Shown: positions 46,049 to 55,749 of the stretch, one piece after another
Layout of the letters: each line of letters opens with the position of its first letter
How positions within the stretch are numbered: the first letter of the stretch is position 1
Origin: Clostridia bacterium
Lineage (GTDB): Bacteria > Bacillota > Clostridia > Christensenellales > QALW01
Assembly (NCBI GenBank): GCA_045591115.1
Contig: JAZNSH010000014.1
Location: 14,769-78,768, forward strand
Length of the DNA: 64,000 bases
Direction of reading: 5' to 3'
The notes under the pieces: model-generated
The model's database searches: none
What the model was told of the DNA's origin: nothing
The model's input: only the letters and a program-made list of their open reading frames with translations
Position numbers and translations under genes: made by a program

Positions 46049-46741
46049 TTATTTCTTTCTGGGGTCAATAACAGTCTTTGCTTCAGCAAATCTGCCATAA
46101 GTACCGATGTTCTTTTCGTAAGCTTCCTTAGGATCTACGCCCTTCTTGATAGCTTCCATCATCTTTCCGAGGTGAACGAACTTATAACCGATAACTTCGT
46201 TGTTCTCATCAAGACCTTCTTCTAAAATATAACCTTCAGCCATTTCAAGGTATCTAACACCCTTTGCGGCAGTTGAATACATTGTACCAACCTGTGAACG
46301 AAGACCCTTACCTAAGTCTTCCATACCTGCGCCGATGGGAAGTCCGCCTTCAGAGAAAGCAGTCTGTGTTCTGCCGTAAGCGATCTGAAGGAAAAGTTCA
46401 CGCATTGCAACGTTGATAGCATCACAAACAAGGTCAGTATTAAGAGCCTCTAAAACTGTTTTGCCGGGAAGAACTTCTGCTGCCATAGCTGCAGAGTGTG
46501 TCATACCTGAGCAACCGATAGTTTCAACAAGTGCCTCCTGAATAATGCCTTCCTTAACGTTAAGGGTAAGCTTGCATGTGCCCTGCTGAGGTGCGCACCA
46601 ACCGATACCGTGGGTAAGACCTGAAATATCCTTAACTTCCTTTGAAGCCACCCAAGCGCCTTCTTCGGGAATAGGAGCAGGATCGTGCTTAGCACCCTTT
46701 GCAACACAAATCATTTCTTCTACTTCATGTGAGTATTGCAT
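46049..46741 (-). CDS. NifU/IscU N-terminal-domain-like protein, the usual partner of GGGtGRT proteins
   Basis: 230 aa. Cysteines in WCAPQQGTCKL and GCSGMTH contexts. There is a 14-nt gap to the downstream gene. Confidence 0.6.
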   Translation of the reverse strand: MQYSHEVEEMICVAKGAKHDPAPIPEEGAWVASKEVKDISGLTHGIGWCAPQQGTCKLTLNVKEGIIQEALVETIGCSGMTHSAAMAAEVLPGKTVLEALNTDLVCDAINVAMRELFLQIAYGRTQTAFSEGGLPIGAGMEDLGKGLRSQVGTMYSTAAKGVRYLEMAEGYILEEGLDENNEVIGYKFVHLGKMMEAIKKGVDPKEAYEKNIGTYGRFAEAKTVIDPRKK

Positions 46742-46775
46742 AATATATATCCTCCTAAATATTATTTTCCTTTTT

Positions 46776-46803
46776 ATTATACAACTTTTTTGAAATTTAG
46801 CAA
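46776..46803 (-). promoter_or_regulatory. Sigma-A type promoter of the NifU-like/GGGtGRT operon
   Basis: Minus strand reads TTGCTA - 16 nt - TATAAT, about 35 nt upstream of the RBS AGGAGG. Confidence 0.55.
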
Positions 46804-46907
46804 CCGAAATGTTTTATTTTTTTGGATTAAATCATATATTATAAAAAAATGTTTGGACTTTATCTTTTTTTTATGTTATACTAAGCAAAAATTAAGGAGG
46901 AATTTTT

Positions 46908-47708
46908 ATGATTACCTGGTGGCAATCAATAATTCTCGGCATTATACAAGGACTTGCTGAATTCTTACCCATTTCATCAAGCGGTCATTTAGAATTATTT
47001 GAAAATATTTTAGGTGTTGAAGGTCTTCCCCGACTTTTTGACGTTTGCTTACATATCGGAACTCTTCTTGCAGTATTTATAATATTTTGGAAGGATATCT
47101 GGTCAATAATCAGACATCCGAAACAAAAGCTCACATATATGATCATTGCGGCTACAATACCAACCGTAATAATTGCAGTTCTGCTTGAAGCCTTACTTCC
47201 CGATACTTTTTCTGCTAATTTCCTTGGCTTTGGCTTTATTATAACCGGTATCGTTCTTTACAGTATGGAAATGGTTTCAAAAAAATATGCAAGAAAAGGT
47301 CTTGAGGATATTACTGCAAAGGATGCATTTAAAGTAGGTTGTGTGCAAGGTATTGCAACAATATCCGGCATCTCCCGTTCAGGCTCAACCATCGCAGGCG
47401 GTGTATTCTTTGGAATGGACAGAAAGTTTTTAGCGCGTTTTTCGTTCTTAATGAGTATTCCCGCGATCTTAGGCGCTTTTTGTTGGGATGTTCTTAAGCT
47501 TATCAAAGAGGAAGAACCACCAACTGTTGAAATTTCCTGGTTTGCAACAATTCTTGGTATGATTGCGGCGTTTATCGTAGGATTTTTAGCTATCAAATAT
47601 ATGCTTCATTTGATAAAGAACAAATCCTTTAAGCCCTTTGCTATTTACACTTTTATTTTAGGTATTTACGTTTGTCTTGATAAATTTGTTTTTAATTTAA
47701 TTTTTTAA
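46908..47708 (+). CDS. uppP: Undecaprenyl-diphosphate phosphatase
   Basis: 266 aa. GIIQGLAEFLPISSSGHL and ISRSGSTI motifs. Confidence 0.92.
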   Translation: MITWWQSIILGIIQGLAEFLPISSSGHLELFENILGVEGLPRLFDVCLHIGTLLAVFIIFWKDIWSIIRHPKQKLTYMIIAATIPTVIIAVLLEALLPDTFSANFLGFGFIITGIVLYSMEMVSKKYARKGLEDITAKDAFKVGCVQGIATISGISRSGSTIAGGVFFGMDRKFLARFSFLMSIPAILGAFCWDVLKLIKEEEPPTVEISWFATILGMIAAFIVGFLAIKYMLHLIKNKSFKPFAIYTFILGIYVCLDKFVFNLIF

Positions 47709-47714
47709 AAAATT

Positions 47715-47745
47715 ATACCGCAGATTTTTTCTGCGGTATTTTTTA
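47715..47745 (+). terminator. Bidirectional Rho-independent terminator
   Basis: ATACCGCAG-attttttt-CTGCGGTAT followed by a T-run. It lies between convergent genes. Confidence 0.75.
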
Positions 47746-47746
47746 T

Positions 47747-49591
47747 TTATTTAATTTTCAACCAAGCAGCGCAACGTGACTCATCCGTCCATGTTTTGCC
47801 TGCTGAAGCATAATCAATAAGCCTTACCTTTTCACCTGATTCAAGAGGAACCTCAAAACATATATGTGCTTCTTTTATTTCGGGGCAATAAACTTCTTTA
47901 CCCTCAACATAACCGTTCTCATCACAAGCGATCTGAAGAACACTGTCAGGATCACAGATACGCTTATCAGCCGCTAAAACGAGAGGTCCAAACATATAGG
48001 CTGCAAATTCATCTGCATTAACTTGATCAGCATCAGGGAGGATTCGCTTAATCTGCATTTCAAGATCAACAAAGATCTCATCACCGTTTTTCCAGATATT
48101 ATTTAATTTAAAGTAGCCTTTTTCAGCCTTATTGTTATTCACATAAGCATTATCGCACCATTCAGGAATTCTGACACAAATATCAAAATTTTCTTCCTTT
48201 TCAAGTTCAAGTGCTAATTTGATTTTACCATTATAGGGATATTCTGTATCCATCGTAATCTTCAGATCTTTTCCTGAAGGTGTTTTTGTTGTTATCTCGC
48301 CTTTTTCATAATAGTTAATTGTGATACCGTTTTTATTTTTCATTAAAGCGATTTCGGGAATAACGCCCGCGCCTGCCGCACCGATGCAAGCACAACAACC
48401 GTAGAATGTTTTATCGGGGAAAGAGTTGTAACCACCGGTCTGTCTGCCGCGTCTGTCGGCAACAAGAGGTGCATAACTGTCATAAGGCAATACCTGAGGC
48501 ACATCCCCATTACCACGCTGGAATGTTGCACGCTCAGTATTAAATGCACCCATATAGGCATTATAGAATGACTGTTCAATTTTATCTGCATAGATACTTT
48601 CCCCTGAAAGTTCAAGCAATGCAGAGGCAAATTTCATCCAGGTAACGGTAACGCAGGTTTCTTGGATAATACCTTCATAATCGGTTTGTGTCTGTCTTAC
48701 TCGCGTATGGTCAAAAAGCTCGTGAGTGCAACCGCTGCAACCGATAATACTTAATTCTTCCTTGATAATATTCTTGCCTAAATTAAGAAGGGCGGTTTTA
48801 TGCTTTTCGATGCCTGTAAGATAATAATACTGCAACAAGCCTTCAAAGCAGGACATCATCTCATAAGCCTTAACAACGGGGAACTTATGAGGTGCAATGT
48901 CTTTATAAGCAAGCTCGATAATATTATCCGACTGAATAAATCCCGTTGAAATAATATATTCGGCAAATTCAAGATATTTTTTATTGTTTGTAAGGCGGTA
49001 TAAGCGCACGATAGGCTCTAAGATTGAGCAGGAATTCATACCCTCCCAATTTTTTGAGCAGGTGCGGATATCAAGCTTATTCTCCCCTATACGCTCAATA
49101 ATGTAATCTGCCTGACGGCACATTGAAGCAATAAGCTCTTTGTTAAGCTCATCATCCTTGGAGATTTCCATAAAATACATCATACCGAGCATAACGTATT
49201 TTCTGCCCCAAAGATCCCAACGCTGAAATTCTTCTTCAACAGAATATCCCGAAATTCTGCCTAAATCATCTTCGGCTGTAAGCATATCGCGAACGCTGTC
49301 TTCAAGAATTCTATACATATCTTCATCACGGGTATAGCGCACTACCATTGAAGCTCCGCGCATCATTTTACCCCAATATTCGCTTCGCCAACTTACCCAA
49401 ACTTCGCCACAACCATCTTTTCCCCAACGAAAAAGATCAACGAACTTTCTCCATAAACCGACCTCACATATCTGATTGCGCTCTGCAAATCTAACTGCTT
49501 CTTTTAATAAGCCATCGAAATTCATTAAAATTTCGCTTTCTTTATTAAGCACGCGTAAATTATCAATCTCTTTAACTTTTTTGTTTACCAT
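47747..49591 (-). CDS. DUF1680 / GH127-like glycoside hydrolase (beta-L-arabinofuranosidase family)
   Basis: The preferred start is the ATG at 49591 (MVNKKVKEID) behind GGAGG. (alpha/alpha)6-like N-terminal half, a Cys-rich FYGCCACIGAAG segment and a beta-rich C-terminus. Confidence 0.5.
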   Translation of the reverse strand: MVNKKVKEIDNLRVLNKESEILMNFDGLLKEAVRFAERNQICEVGLWRKFVDLFRWGKDGCGEVWVSWRSEYWGKMMRGASMVVRYTRDEDMYRILEDSVRDMLTAEDDLGRISGYSVEEEFQRWDLWGRKYVMLGMMYFMEISKDDELNKELIASMCRQADYIIERIGENKLDIRTCSKNWEGMNSCSILEPIVRLYRLTNNKKYLEFAEYIISTGFIQSDNIIELAYKDIAPHKFPVVKAYEMMSCFEGLLQYYYLTGIEKHKTALLNLGKNIIKEELSIIGCSGCTHELFDHTRVRQTQTDYEGIIQETCVTVTWMKFASALLELSGESIYADKIEQSFYNAYMGAFNTERATFQRGNGDVPQVLPYDSYAPLVADRRGRQTGGYNSFPDKTFYGCCACIGAAGAGVIPEIALMKNKNGITINYYEKGEITTKTPSGKDLKITMDTEYPYNGKIKLALELEKEENFDICVRIPEWCDNAYVNNNKAEKGYFKLNNIWKNGDEIFVDLEMQIKRILPDADQVNADEFAAYMFGPLVLAADKRICDPDSVLQIACDENGYVEGKEVYCPEIKEAHICFEVPLESGEKVRLIDYASAGKTWTDESRCAAWLKIK

Positions 49592-49667
49592 ATCAAAAAA
49601 CCTCCGCAAAACAAGTTCCTGATAGATTATACAAAAATTTTTCTCATTTGTCTATAGCAAAACGAAA

Positions 49668-51509
49668 TTAATATTTAAAAATTACGGATGAGCGTTTTTC
49701 ATTTAAAACAATATTAAGCGTTTTTGTTTTCATTTTTTCGCACGTGTCAAGATTCAAAATTTCATATTCTTTTTCAAAATCAACGCAAAAAGTATCAAAG
49801 GGCGAATTTTCGCGACGGAAAGCCATAATAATTCCTTCATCTTTTTCATCATCGTGGAATCGCCACACCGTCCAAGACGTCATATCTAATACATCAGATG
49901 CTAAATTGTAAAAGTTTTTGGAAAAAAATTTTCGAATAGATTTATATTCTTCCAAAATTTCAGAAACGGAATCAAGTTCAGAATCTGTCATATTCTGAAA
50001 ATATGCGTTATAGAATGCACCGCCAAAGCTTGAAGAATATGCACTTCTTACAGAGTATTTATCGTGCATTTTCGTTGTGCAACCAAGAAGTGGAAAATAC
50101 TTCTGTGCCCCTGAATTATGCACCTGCAAAACTTCTGCGGTAAGGTTAAATTCGCACTGATAATCACTGCGAAAGAAAACTATGGCACGTTTAAGCATTT
50201 CAATATCAATTCGTCTGCCTCCCGAAGAACAGTTGTCAATTAAGAGGTGCGGATATTTTTGATGGAGTTCATCAAAAAGGCGGTACACACCCATTATATG
50301 CTTAATTTCTGTAATACCTTGTCTGTTTTCTTCATCATTTTTTTCAAAATAATCTGTGAGTTTTACATTAAAGTCCTGGCGGTAGCAAGCCATATTAAAT
50401 TTTTCAACGTAGGATGAAATCAAATCAAACACATACTTATATGCTTCTTCAATGCCGTAATAGACAATAAAATTATTATTTTCATCAGATTTCAAAAGCC
50501 ATTCAGGGTGTTCTTTTACAATAGGCACATCAGGACAAGCGCGTTCAGGCTCCAGCCAAAACATAAGCGGTGCACCCATTTCTTTTGCTGTATCGGCAAC
50601 GTCTTTTAATCCATTTGGGTGTACTTTAAGATTGACATTCCACTCCCCCGTATGGCCGGACCAATCGCCATTAAAAGGATCGATACAGTTTTCACATTGT
50701 CCATACCAGCCTGCATCTATCCACGTCTGTTCAAACTTAACGTTATGCTTTTTTAATCGTGCCATTCGGTTAAGCATTTCTTCTGTTGGAAGTCCGCCCC
50801 AAAGTTCATAGGCACATAGTCCTTCCGGTTCTTCGTTTTTAATGTGTGAATAATGCTTATAAAAAAGTTTTCTGAACTTATTAAAATGATCCTCACCTTT
50901 TTCGTAATTCATAATCAAAGTTGAGGACGTGCGCACTTTTTCGCCTTTTTTAAGATAAAAGTGAGTTTTTGATAATCCGGTTGTAACAAGCACACCATCG
51001 TTACACTCTAAAAACTCGGCTTTCCACGATCCCGTCCAACCGATTGCAACCATTGCGCCACATTCATCTGCACAAACATCAAAAAATGGCATCATAACGT
51101 CACTTGAACGTGCACCGAGATTTTCAAAAGTCTTTTTTTGACCTTTTCTTAAAAACTCCTGATGGCGTGAAAATTCAGTTGCACTTAATGTATCGTTTTC
51201 AGTATAAGCGTAGCCATCAACCATACCTGCCATCGTAAAAACGCTTCTTGATTTTTTTGGTGGAATATATGCAGTTGTGGTGCTTTCAATTTGGGGAAGT
51301 TCTATTACATAATTGCAATCGGAAATATCTGAAATAATATCAGTATCTTCTTCACCGATATTTTCAAAATACAACAGCCACTCTTTTGCAGAAAACTCAC
51401 TATATTCCTTTAATTCAAGGGTTACAAGAAGATTGTCTATATTAAGCTTATTATTTTTAAAATCTTTTAAAGAATATTCTCTGTTTCCGTAATTAAATTT
51501 AAAATCCAT
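49668..51509 (-). CDS. GH36-family alpha-galactosidase-like glycoside hydrolase
   Basis: 613 aa. WIDAGWY, YRQDFN and DNCSSGGRRID motifs, corresponding to the GH36 KWD and CxxGGGR regions. Confidence 0.6.
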   Translation of the reverse strand: MDFKFNYGNREYSLKDFKNNKLNIDNLLVTLELKEYSEFSAKEWLLYFENIGEEDTDIISDISDCNYVIELPQIESTTTAYIPPKKSRSVFTMAGMVDGYAYTENDTLSATEFSRHQEFLRKGQKKTFENLGARSSDVMMPFFDVCADECGAMVAIGWTGSWKAEFLECNDGVLVTTGLSKTHFYLKKGEKVRTSSTLIMNYEKGEDHFNKFRKLFYKHYSHIKNEEPEGLCAYELWGGLPTEEMLNRMARLKKHNVKFEQTWIDAGWYGQCENCIDPFNGDWSGHTGEWNVNLKVHPNGLKDVADTAKEMGAPLMFWLEPERACPDVPIVKEHPEWLLKSDENNNFIVYYGIEEAYKYVFDLISSYVEKFNMACYRQDFNVKLTDYFEKNDEENRQGITEIKHIMGVYRLFDELHQKYPHLLIDNCSSGGRRIDIEMLKRAIVFFRSDYQCEFNLTAEVLQVHNSGAQKYFPLLGCTTKMHDKYSVRSAYSSSFGGAFYNAYFQNMTDSELDSVSEILEEYKSIRKFFSKNFYNLASDVLDMTSWTVWRFHDDEKDEGIIMAFRRENSPFDTFCVDFEKEYEILNLDTCEKMKTKTLNIVLNEKRSSVIFKY

Positions 51510-51657
51510 TTTCTACCTCACACAAGACAAATTAAAACAAGTTGTTCCGCTGATAACACCTATCAACTGAATAAGTCTGATTTTTCTCAAAACAAAAAAT
51601 TAAAATATTGAGCACAGACCAAGAGCAATTTCATTTATCAACGAAAAAAGCTCTGTT

Positions 51658-52614
51658 TTAATTTACTATATTAGTTGGTTTTTTGTCTAAATACGCTTTA
51701 ACATTATTAATGGCAAAGGTCGCAAGCCTCTGTCTGCCCTCAACAGCAGTCCAGCTTATATGCGGAGTAATAAAACAATTCCTTGCTTTTAGCAATGGAT
51801 TATCTTCACTGATCGGTTCATTGCGCACTGCATCAAGGCCTGCCGCATAGATTTTACCACTATTTAAAGCATCTGCCAAAGCCTGCTCATCAATCAATGC
51901 TCCGCGACTGTTATTGATAAGGATGACACCGTCCTTCATTTTCGCAATAGATTGAGCGTTTATCATATTTTCTGTTTCAGGAAATAAAGGACAATGAAGC
52001 GATATAACATCGGATTTATCAAGCAACTCATCTAAATCGCAATATTTGAAAGTATCGCTTACTAAATCTGCATTTTTAAAAGTATCATATGCTAACACTT
52101 TCATTCCAAAGGCTTGCGCACCTCTTGCCATTATCTGACCGATTCTGCCTGCTCCTATTATACCCATAGTCTTATTTTCAAGCTCAATTGAAGGATAATC
52201 CCAAAAACACCAATCCTCAGGTCCTGCTTTTCTCAGCTTTCTAACCTCGGCATCGTGATAGCCTACGTGATTTGTAATTTCCATAAGCAATGCAAACGCG
52301 TGTTGACCGATACCTTCCGTGCCATAGGAAGGTACGTTAGCAACGGGAATATTCATTTCTTTTGCCGCAACAACATCAACTGTATTGTAGCCTGTTGCAA
52401 TAACAGAAATAAATTTTAAGTTTTTGCATTTCTCTAAAATTTCTCTTGTAAGATTTGATTTGTTTAAAAGCACAATATCGGCATCTTCAATATGCTCTAA
52501 TATTTCATTTTGAGGCACGCGGTCATTCATTTCAACGTCGCCCAATTCATAAAGTGCAGACCAATCAATTTCTCCGGGATTTTCGCGTGGTTTATCTAAA
52601 ACTACTATTTTCAT
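51658..52614 (-). CDS. D-isomer-specific 2-hydroxyacid dehydrogenase (glycerate dehydrogenase / hydroxypyruvate reductase type)
   Basis: 318 aa. GIIGAGRIGQ NAD-binding site and the NNSRG...D...PHISW catalytic region. Confidence 0.8.
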   Translation of the reverse strand: MKIVVLDKPRENPGEIDWSALYELGDVEMNDRVPQNEILEHIEDADIVLLNKSNLTREILEKCKNLKFISVIATGYNTVDVVAAKEMNIPVANVPSYGTEGIGQHAFALLMEITNHVGYHDAEVRKLRKAGPEDWCFWDYPSIELENKTMGIIGAGRIGQIMARGAQAFGMKVLAYDTFKNADLVSDTFKYCDLDELLDKSDVISLHCPLFPETENMINAQSIAKMKDGVILINNSRGALIDEQALADALNSGKIYAAGLDAVRNEPISEDNPLLKARNCFITPHISWTAVEGRQRLATFAINNVKAYLDKKPTNIVN

Positions 52615-52619
52615 AATAT

Positions 52620-53384
52620 TTACTCCATTTCTGCTAATGAATCAAATACTTGATTATAGCCTCTTAAAAATAATACGTTATCGGTACAAGCCCAAAGTAC
52701 GTTAGCCCCCATCTCTCTGTATTTTTTAGAAAGAATTTCATCATCGCAGAATATACCGCAAGACATATTGTAATCTTTACAGATATCAAAAACCTTTTGA
52801 ACGGCAGCAATCATAACTTCGCTTCTAATCTGGAACGGTGTTCCGAGCATAACTGACATATCGTAAGGCCCTATCATAATAGCAGCAATTTCATCACCGT
52901 ACTTTTCTAAAATTTGCGGAAGAATATCTATACCGGGCTGAGATTCAATCTGAACGAAAAGATAGCGACTCTTTTGGAAGCCTTCATAGCCTTCTCCTTT
53001 ACGGAACTGACCGTGTCCGCCACAGCCTGTTCTTCCAACAGGGGCAAAACGAAGCGATTCGACTGCTTCCTGCACTTGTTCCAAGGTTTCAGTTCTTGGA
53101 AGCATAATACCATCCGCACCCAAATCAATAGCTCGGGCGATCAAGTGATATTTGCAATCGGGAATACGCACAAAAGACGGAAGTCCAATAAGACGGCAAA
53201 CCTGCAAAGCAGGGATAAGATTTTCATTATTAAATATACCGTGTTCAGCATCAAAAAGAATGAAATCCAAATCATCACGATTCATTTTTTCAATAATGAG
53301 TGGACTGTTTATCATTGACATTGTTGTGCCGAGAACCTTTTCTCTTTTGGCTAATTTTTGCTCTAAAATTTCATACTTGCTCAT
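52620..53384 (-). CDS. HpcH/HpaI family aldolase (2-keto-3-deoxy-acid aldolase type)
   Basis: 254 aa. DFILFDAEHG, VRIP and GADGIMLPR motifs. Confidence 0.75.
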   Translation of the reverse strand: MSKYEILEQKLAKREKVLGTTMSMINSPLIIEKMNRDDLDFILFDAEHGIFNNENLIPALQVCRLIGLPSFVRIPDCKYHLIARAIDLGADGIMLPRTETLEQVQEAVESLRFAPVGRTGCGGHGQFRKGEGYEGFQKSRYLFVQIESQPGIDILPQILEKYGDEIAAIMIGPYDMSVMLGTPFQIRSEVMIAAVQKVFDICKDYNMSCGIFCDDEILSKKYREMGANVLWACTDNVLFLRGYNQVFDSLAEME

Positions 53385-53408
53385 TGTTGTTTACTCCTTG
53401 ATATCTTT

Positions 53409-54398
53409 TTATTTTTGAAGATCGAGCCATAAGACCTCTTCGGTACTCAATTCAATATCTGCTGCTGCAACATTTTCTTTTATTTGTTTTTCGTTCACAG
53501 GGCTTGTAAGCAAAAACGTATTAAGCGGATTATTAAAAATCCAAGCTAAAGCAATCTGAGCAACGCTTACGTTCTTCTTTTCTGCTAATATTTCCGCTCT
53601 TTTCAATCTTTCTAAATTACTTTCACAGAAATAACCTTTAATTCCCGCTTCATCAAGTATCTGTTTTGCTTTTTGAGGTTCATTACTCTTAAACGCCCCT
53701 GAGAAGAACCCTCTGGCTAAAGCAGAGTAAGCAAAAACAGGTATATTATTATCAAGATACCATTTTCTTGCGTCTTTGTTTTCAGGTCCCGATAGTGTAA
53801 CGCACTGTCCAACCCAGGGGTTGTTCACTTGCTCAGCAAGGCCAAAGTTAGGACTTGACACAGTAAATGGAATAAGATTATGTTTAGCCGCATATTCATT
53901 AGCTTCTTCAATCCGTTGATGTGTCCAGTTAGAGCCACCGAAAGCACCGATTTTACCTTCATCAAAAAGTCGATTCATAGTATCTACAATAATGCACACA
54001 GGAACATCCGGATTATCACGATGAAGCATATAAATGTCTATATAATCTGTTCGCAATTTTTTTAGCGCATTATGTATATCGTAAAGAATATCAAAATCTG
54101 TTACGCGATCACGCCATTTATTAGGATGTGCACATTTTGAAAATATAACTGTTTTATCCCTAATCTCCCTAAGTTCTATCCATTCGCCTAAAATTTCTTC
54201 TCCATAATGGTCGGAGCAATCAAAACAATTTATTCCGTTTTTAAATACGTCATCCAAAAGTTTGAAAGCCTTTTGCCTACACTCTTCAACGTCCGGGCGT
54301 TCTGTTTCAATAGCATCAAATAATATGGGCGTTGCCGTTCCAAAAACTATTGGTGAAATCATTTTTTTAACATATGGTATTTTTTTATAATTCATCAC
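53409..54398 (-). CDS. Aldo/keto reductase
   Basis: 329 aa. DCSDHYGE, DIYMLHRD and LAWI motifs. Confidence 0.8.
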   Translation of the reverse strand: MMNYKKIPYVKKMISPIVFGTATPILFDAIETERPDVEECRQKAFKLLDDVFKNGINCFDCSDHYGEEILGEWIELREIRDKTVIFSKCAHPNKWRDRVTDFDILYDIHNALKKLRTDYIDIYMLHRDNPDVPVCIIVDTMNRLFDEGKIGAFGGSNWTHQRIEEANEYAAKHNLIPFTVSSPNFGLAEQVNNPWVGQCVTLSGPENKDARKWYLDNNIPVFAYSALARGFFSGAFKSNEPQKAKQILDEAGIKGYFCESNLERLKRAEILAEKKNVSVAQIALAWIFNNPLNTFLLTSPVNEKQIKENVAAADIELSTEEVLWLDLQK

Positions 54399-54455
54399 TA
54401 AAACCCTTTCTATAATATTAAGTTTACTATTGAATTCTAAAGCAATATCGTAATG

Positions 54456-55451
54456 CTATACCTCTATCATGCTTTTTGTTTTAAGTTTAAATTCTGTATA
54501 TGAATTCTTTTCGATCTGCTGATCTTTTAAAATATTCATACATAAACCGTGAAAGGCAAAATATGCTTGTCCTGAAATATTTTGATCAATAGTCATATCA
54601 ATAATGTTATCAGAAAAATATTGATTAAGTTCTTTAAAAGTATCTGTGCATACAAGCGTTATATTTTTCTGTTTTTTTCTCAAAAATTCGCACAGAGAAA
54701 GAGAATTTCCGCTTGTTATATAGATACCGTCAATATCGTCAGTTATAAGTTTTTCCACGTTTTCTTCTAAATATTTTTCGTCATCTCGCATATCAAAAAC
54801 GCCTTTAATGTTAAATTTGCTCTTCTCTAAAAAAACTTCTTTTGCATTTAAGTGGAGATAACTTTCTTGATTACCCGTAAAAAGAAAAACGTTTTTACAC
54901 TTGGCTGAAAAAAGAAAATCAGATGCACACTCTGCCGCAAGACACTCATTATGCTTTGATGCAAAAAGATATGGTATTTCCTCATTTACTGTCTGCAAAA
55001 AAACAAGTTTTGGAATTTCAAATTTTTTTAGCGTTTCAGCAAAACGTTTATCGCCCATACCTGAAATTATTATACCGTCAAATTTTTCAAACTTTAGCAA
55101 AGCTTTTTCCAAGTCTTTTTCTGCATCAGCATTGCGAAGGGCATCAATAGCAATTACTTCATAGTAAATTTTGTAATCATAAAGATTAAAAAACGCTTCT
55201 TTAAATCCTGCTATCATTTCTTCTTCAATGCGCTTTGTTCTTGATACGAGAATGCAACCAATTTTAATTTCACCTTTACTCATTCTTGAAGCAAACTTAT
55301 TTGGTGCAAAATTATATTTTTGAGCAAGTTCAATTACTTTTTTTCGCTTATCTTCGCTGACTTTGCCTTTTTCAGAAAGTGCTCTACTCACCATCGAAGG
55401 TGTGTATCCAAGTTCTTCTGCAATAGAATATATCGTTACTTTTTTATCCAT
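54456..55451 (-). CDS. LacI family transcriptional regulator
   Basis: 331 aa. The N-terminal HTH VTIYSIAEELGYTPSMVSRAL. Confidence 0.85.
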   Translation of the reverse strand: MDKKVTIYSIAEELGYTPSMVSRALSEKGKVSEDKRKKVIELAQKYNFAPNKFASRMSKGEIKIGCILVSRTKRIEEEMIAGFKEAFFNLYDYKIYYEVIAIDALRNADAEKDLEKALLKFEKFDGIIISGMGDKRFAETLKKFEIPKLVFLQTVNEEIPYLFASKHNECLAAECASDFLFSAKCKNVFLFTGNQESYLHLNAKEVFLEKSKFNIKGVFDMRDDEKYLEENVEKLITDDIDGIYITSGNSLSLCEFLRKKQKNITLVCTDTFKELNQYFSDNIIDMTIDQNISGQAYFAFHGLCMNILKDQQIEKNSYTEFKLKTKSMIEV

Positions 55452-55462
55452 ATTTCCTCCTG

Positions 55463-55476
55463 TGCAACCGATTGCA
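55463..55476. promoter_or_regulatory. Candidate LacI-family operator palindrome
   Basis: TGCAACCGATTGCA (half-sites TGCAA/TTGCA), 12 nt upstream of the lacI-family start codon. Confidence 0.4.
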
Positions 55477-55634
55477 CTAATTCTATCACCTGTTTATAAA
55501 ATTGTCAAGATCAATTTTTGCTTCGCTGAATTTCAAAATCTTTAATTTTGCAACTTTTAATGCAGAATCAATGCAAAATAAATGAAAACATAATGAATTT
55601 TGAATAAATTTTGTTTATATCCTTCAAAATATTC

Positions 55635-55663
55635 TTGCCAAATATAGGGATTTCGGATATAAT
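55635..55663 (+). promoter_or_regulatory. Sigma-A type promoter of the PEPCK gene
   Basis: TTGCCA - 17 nt - TATAAT. Confidence 0.6.
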
Positions 55664-55749
55664 TTATTTAAGAAAATTAAATTGGCGAGGTTTAGGACTT
55701 AATAACCTATACGTGCCTTATTTCTAATAATTTAAGGAGGTCATTAACA

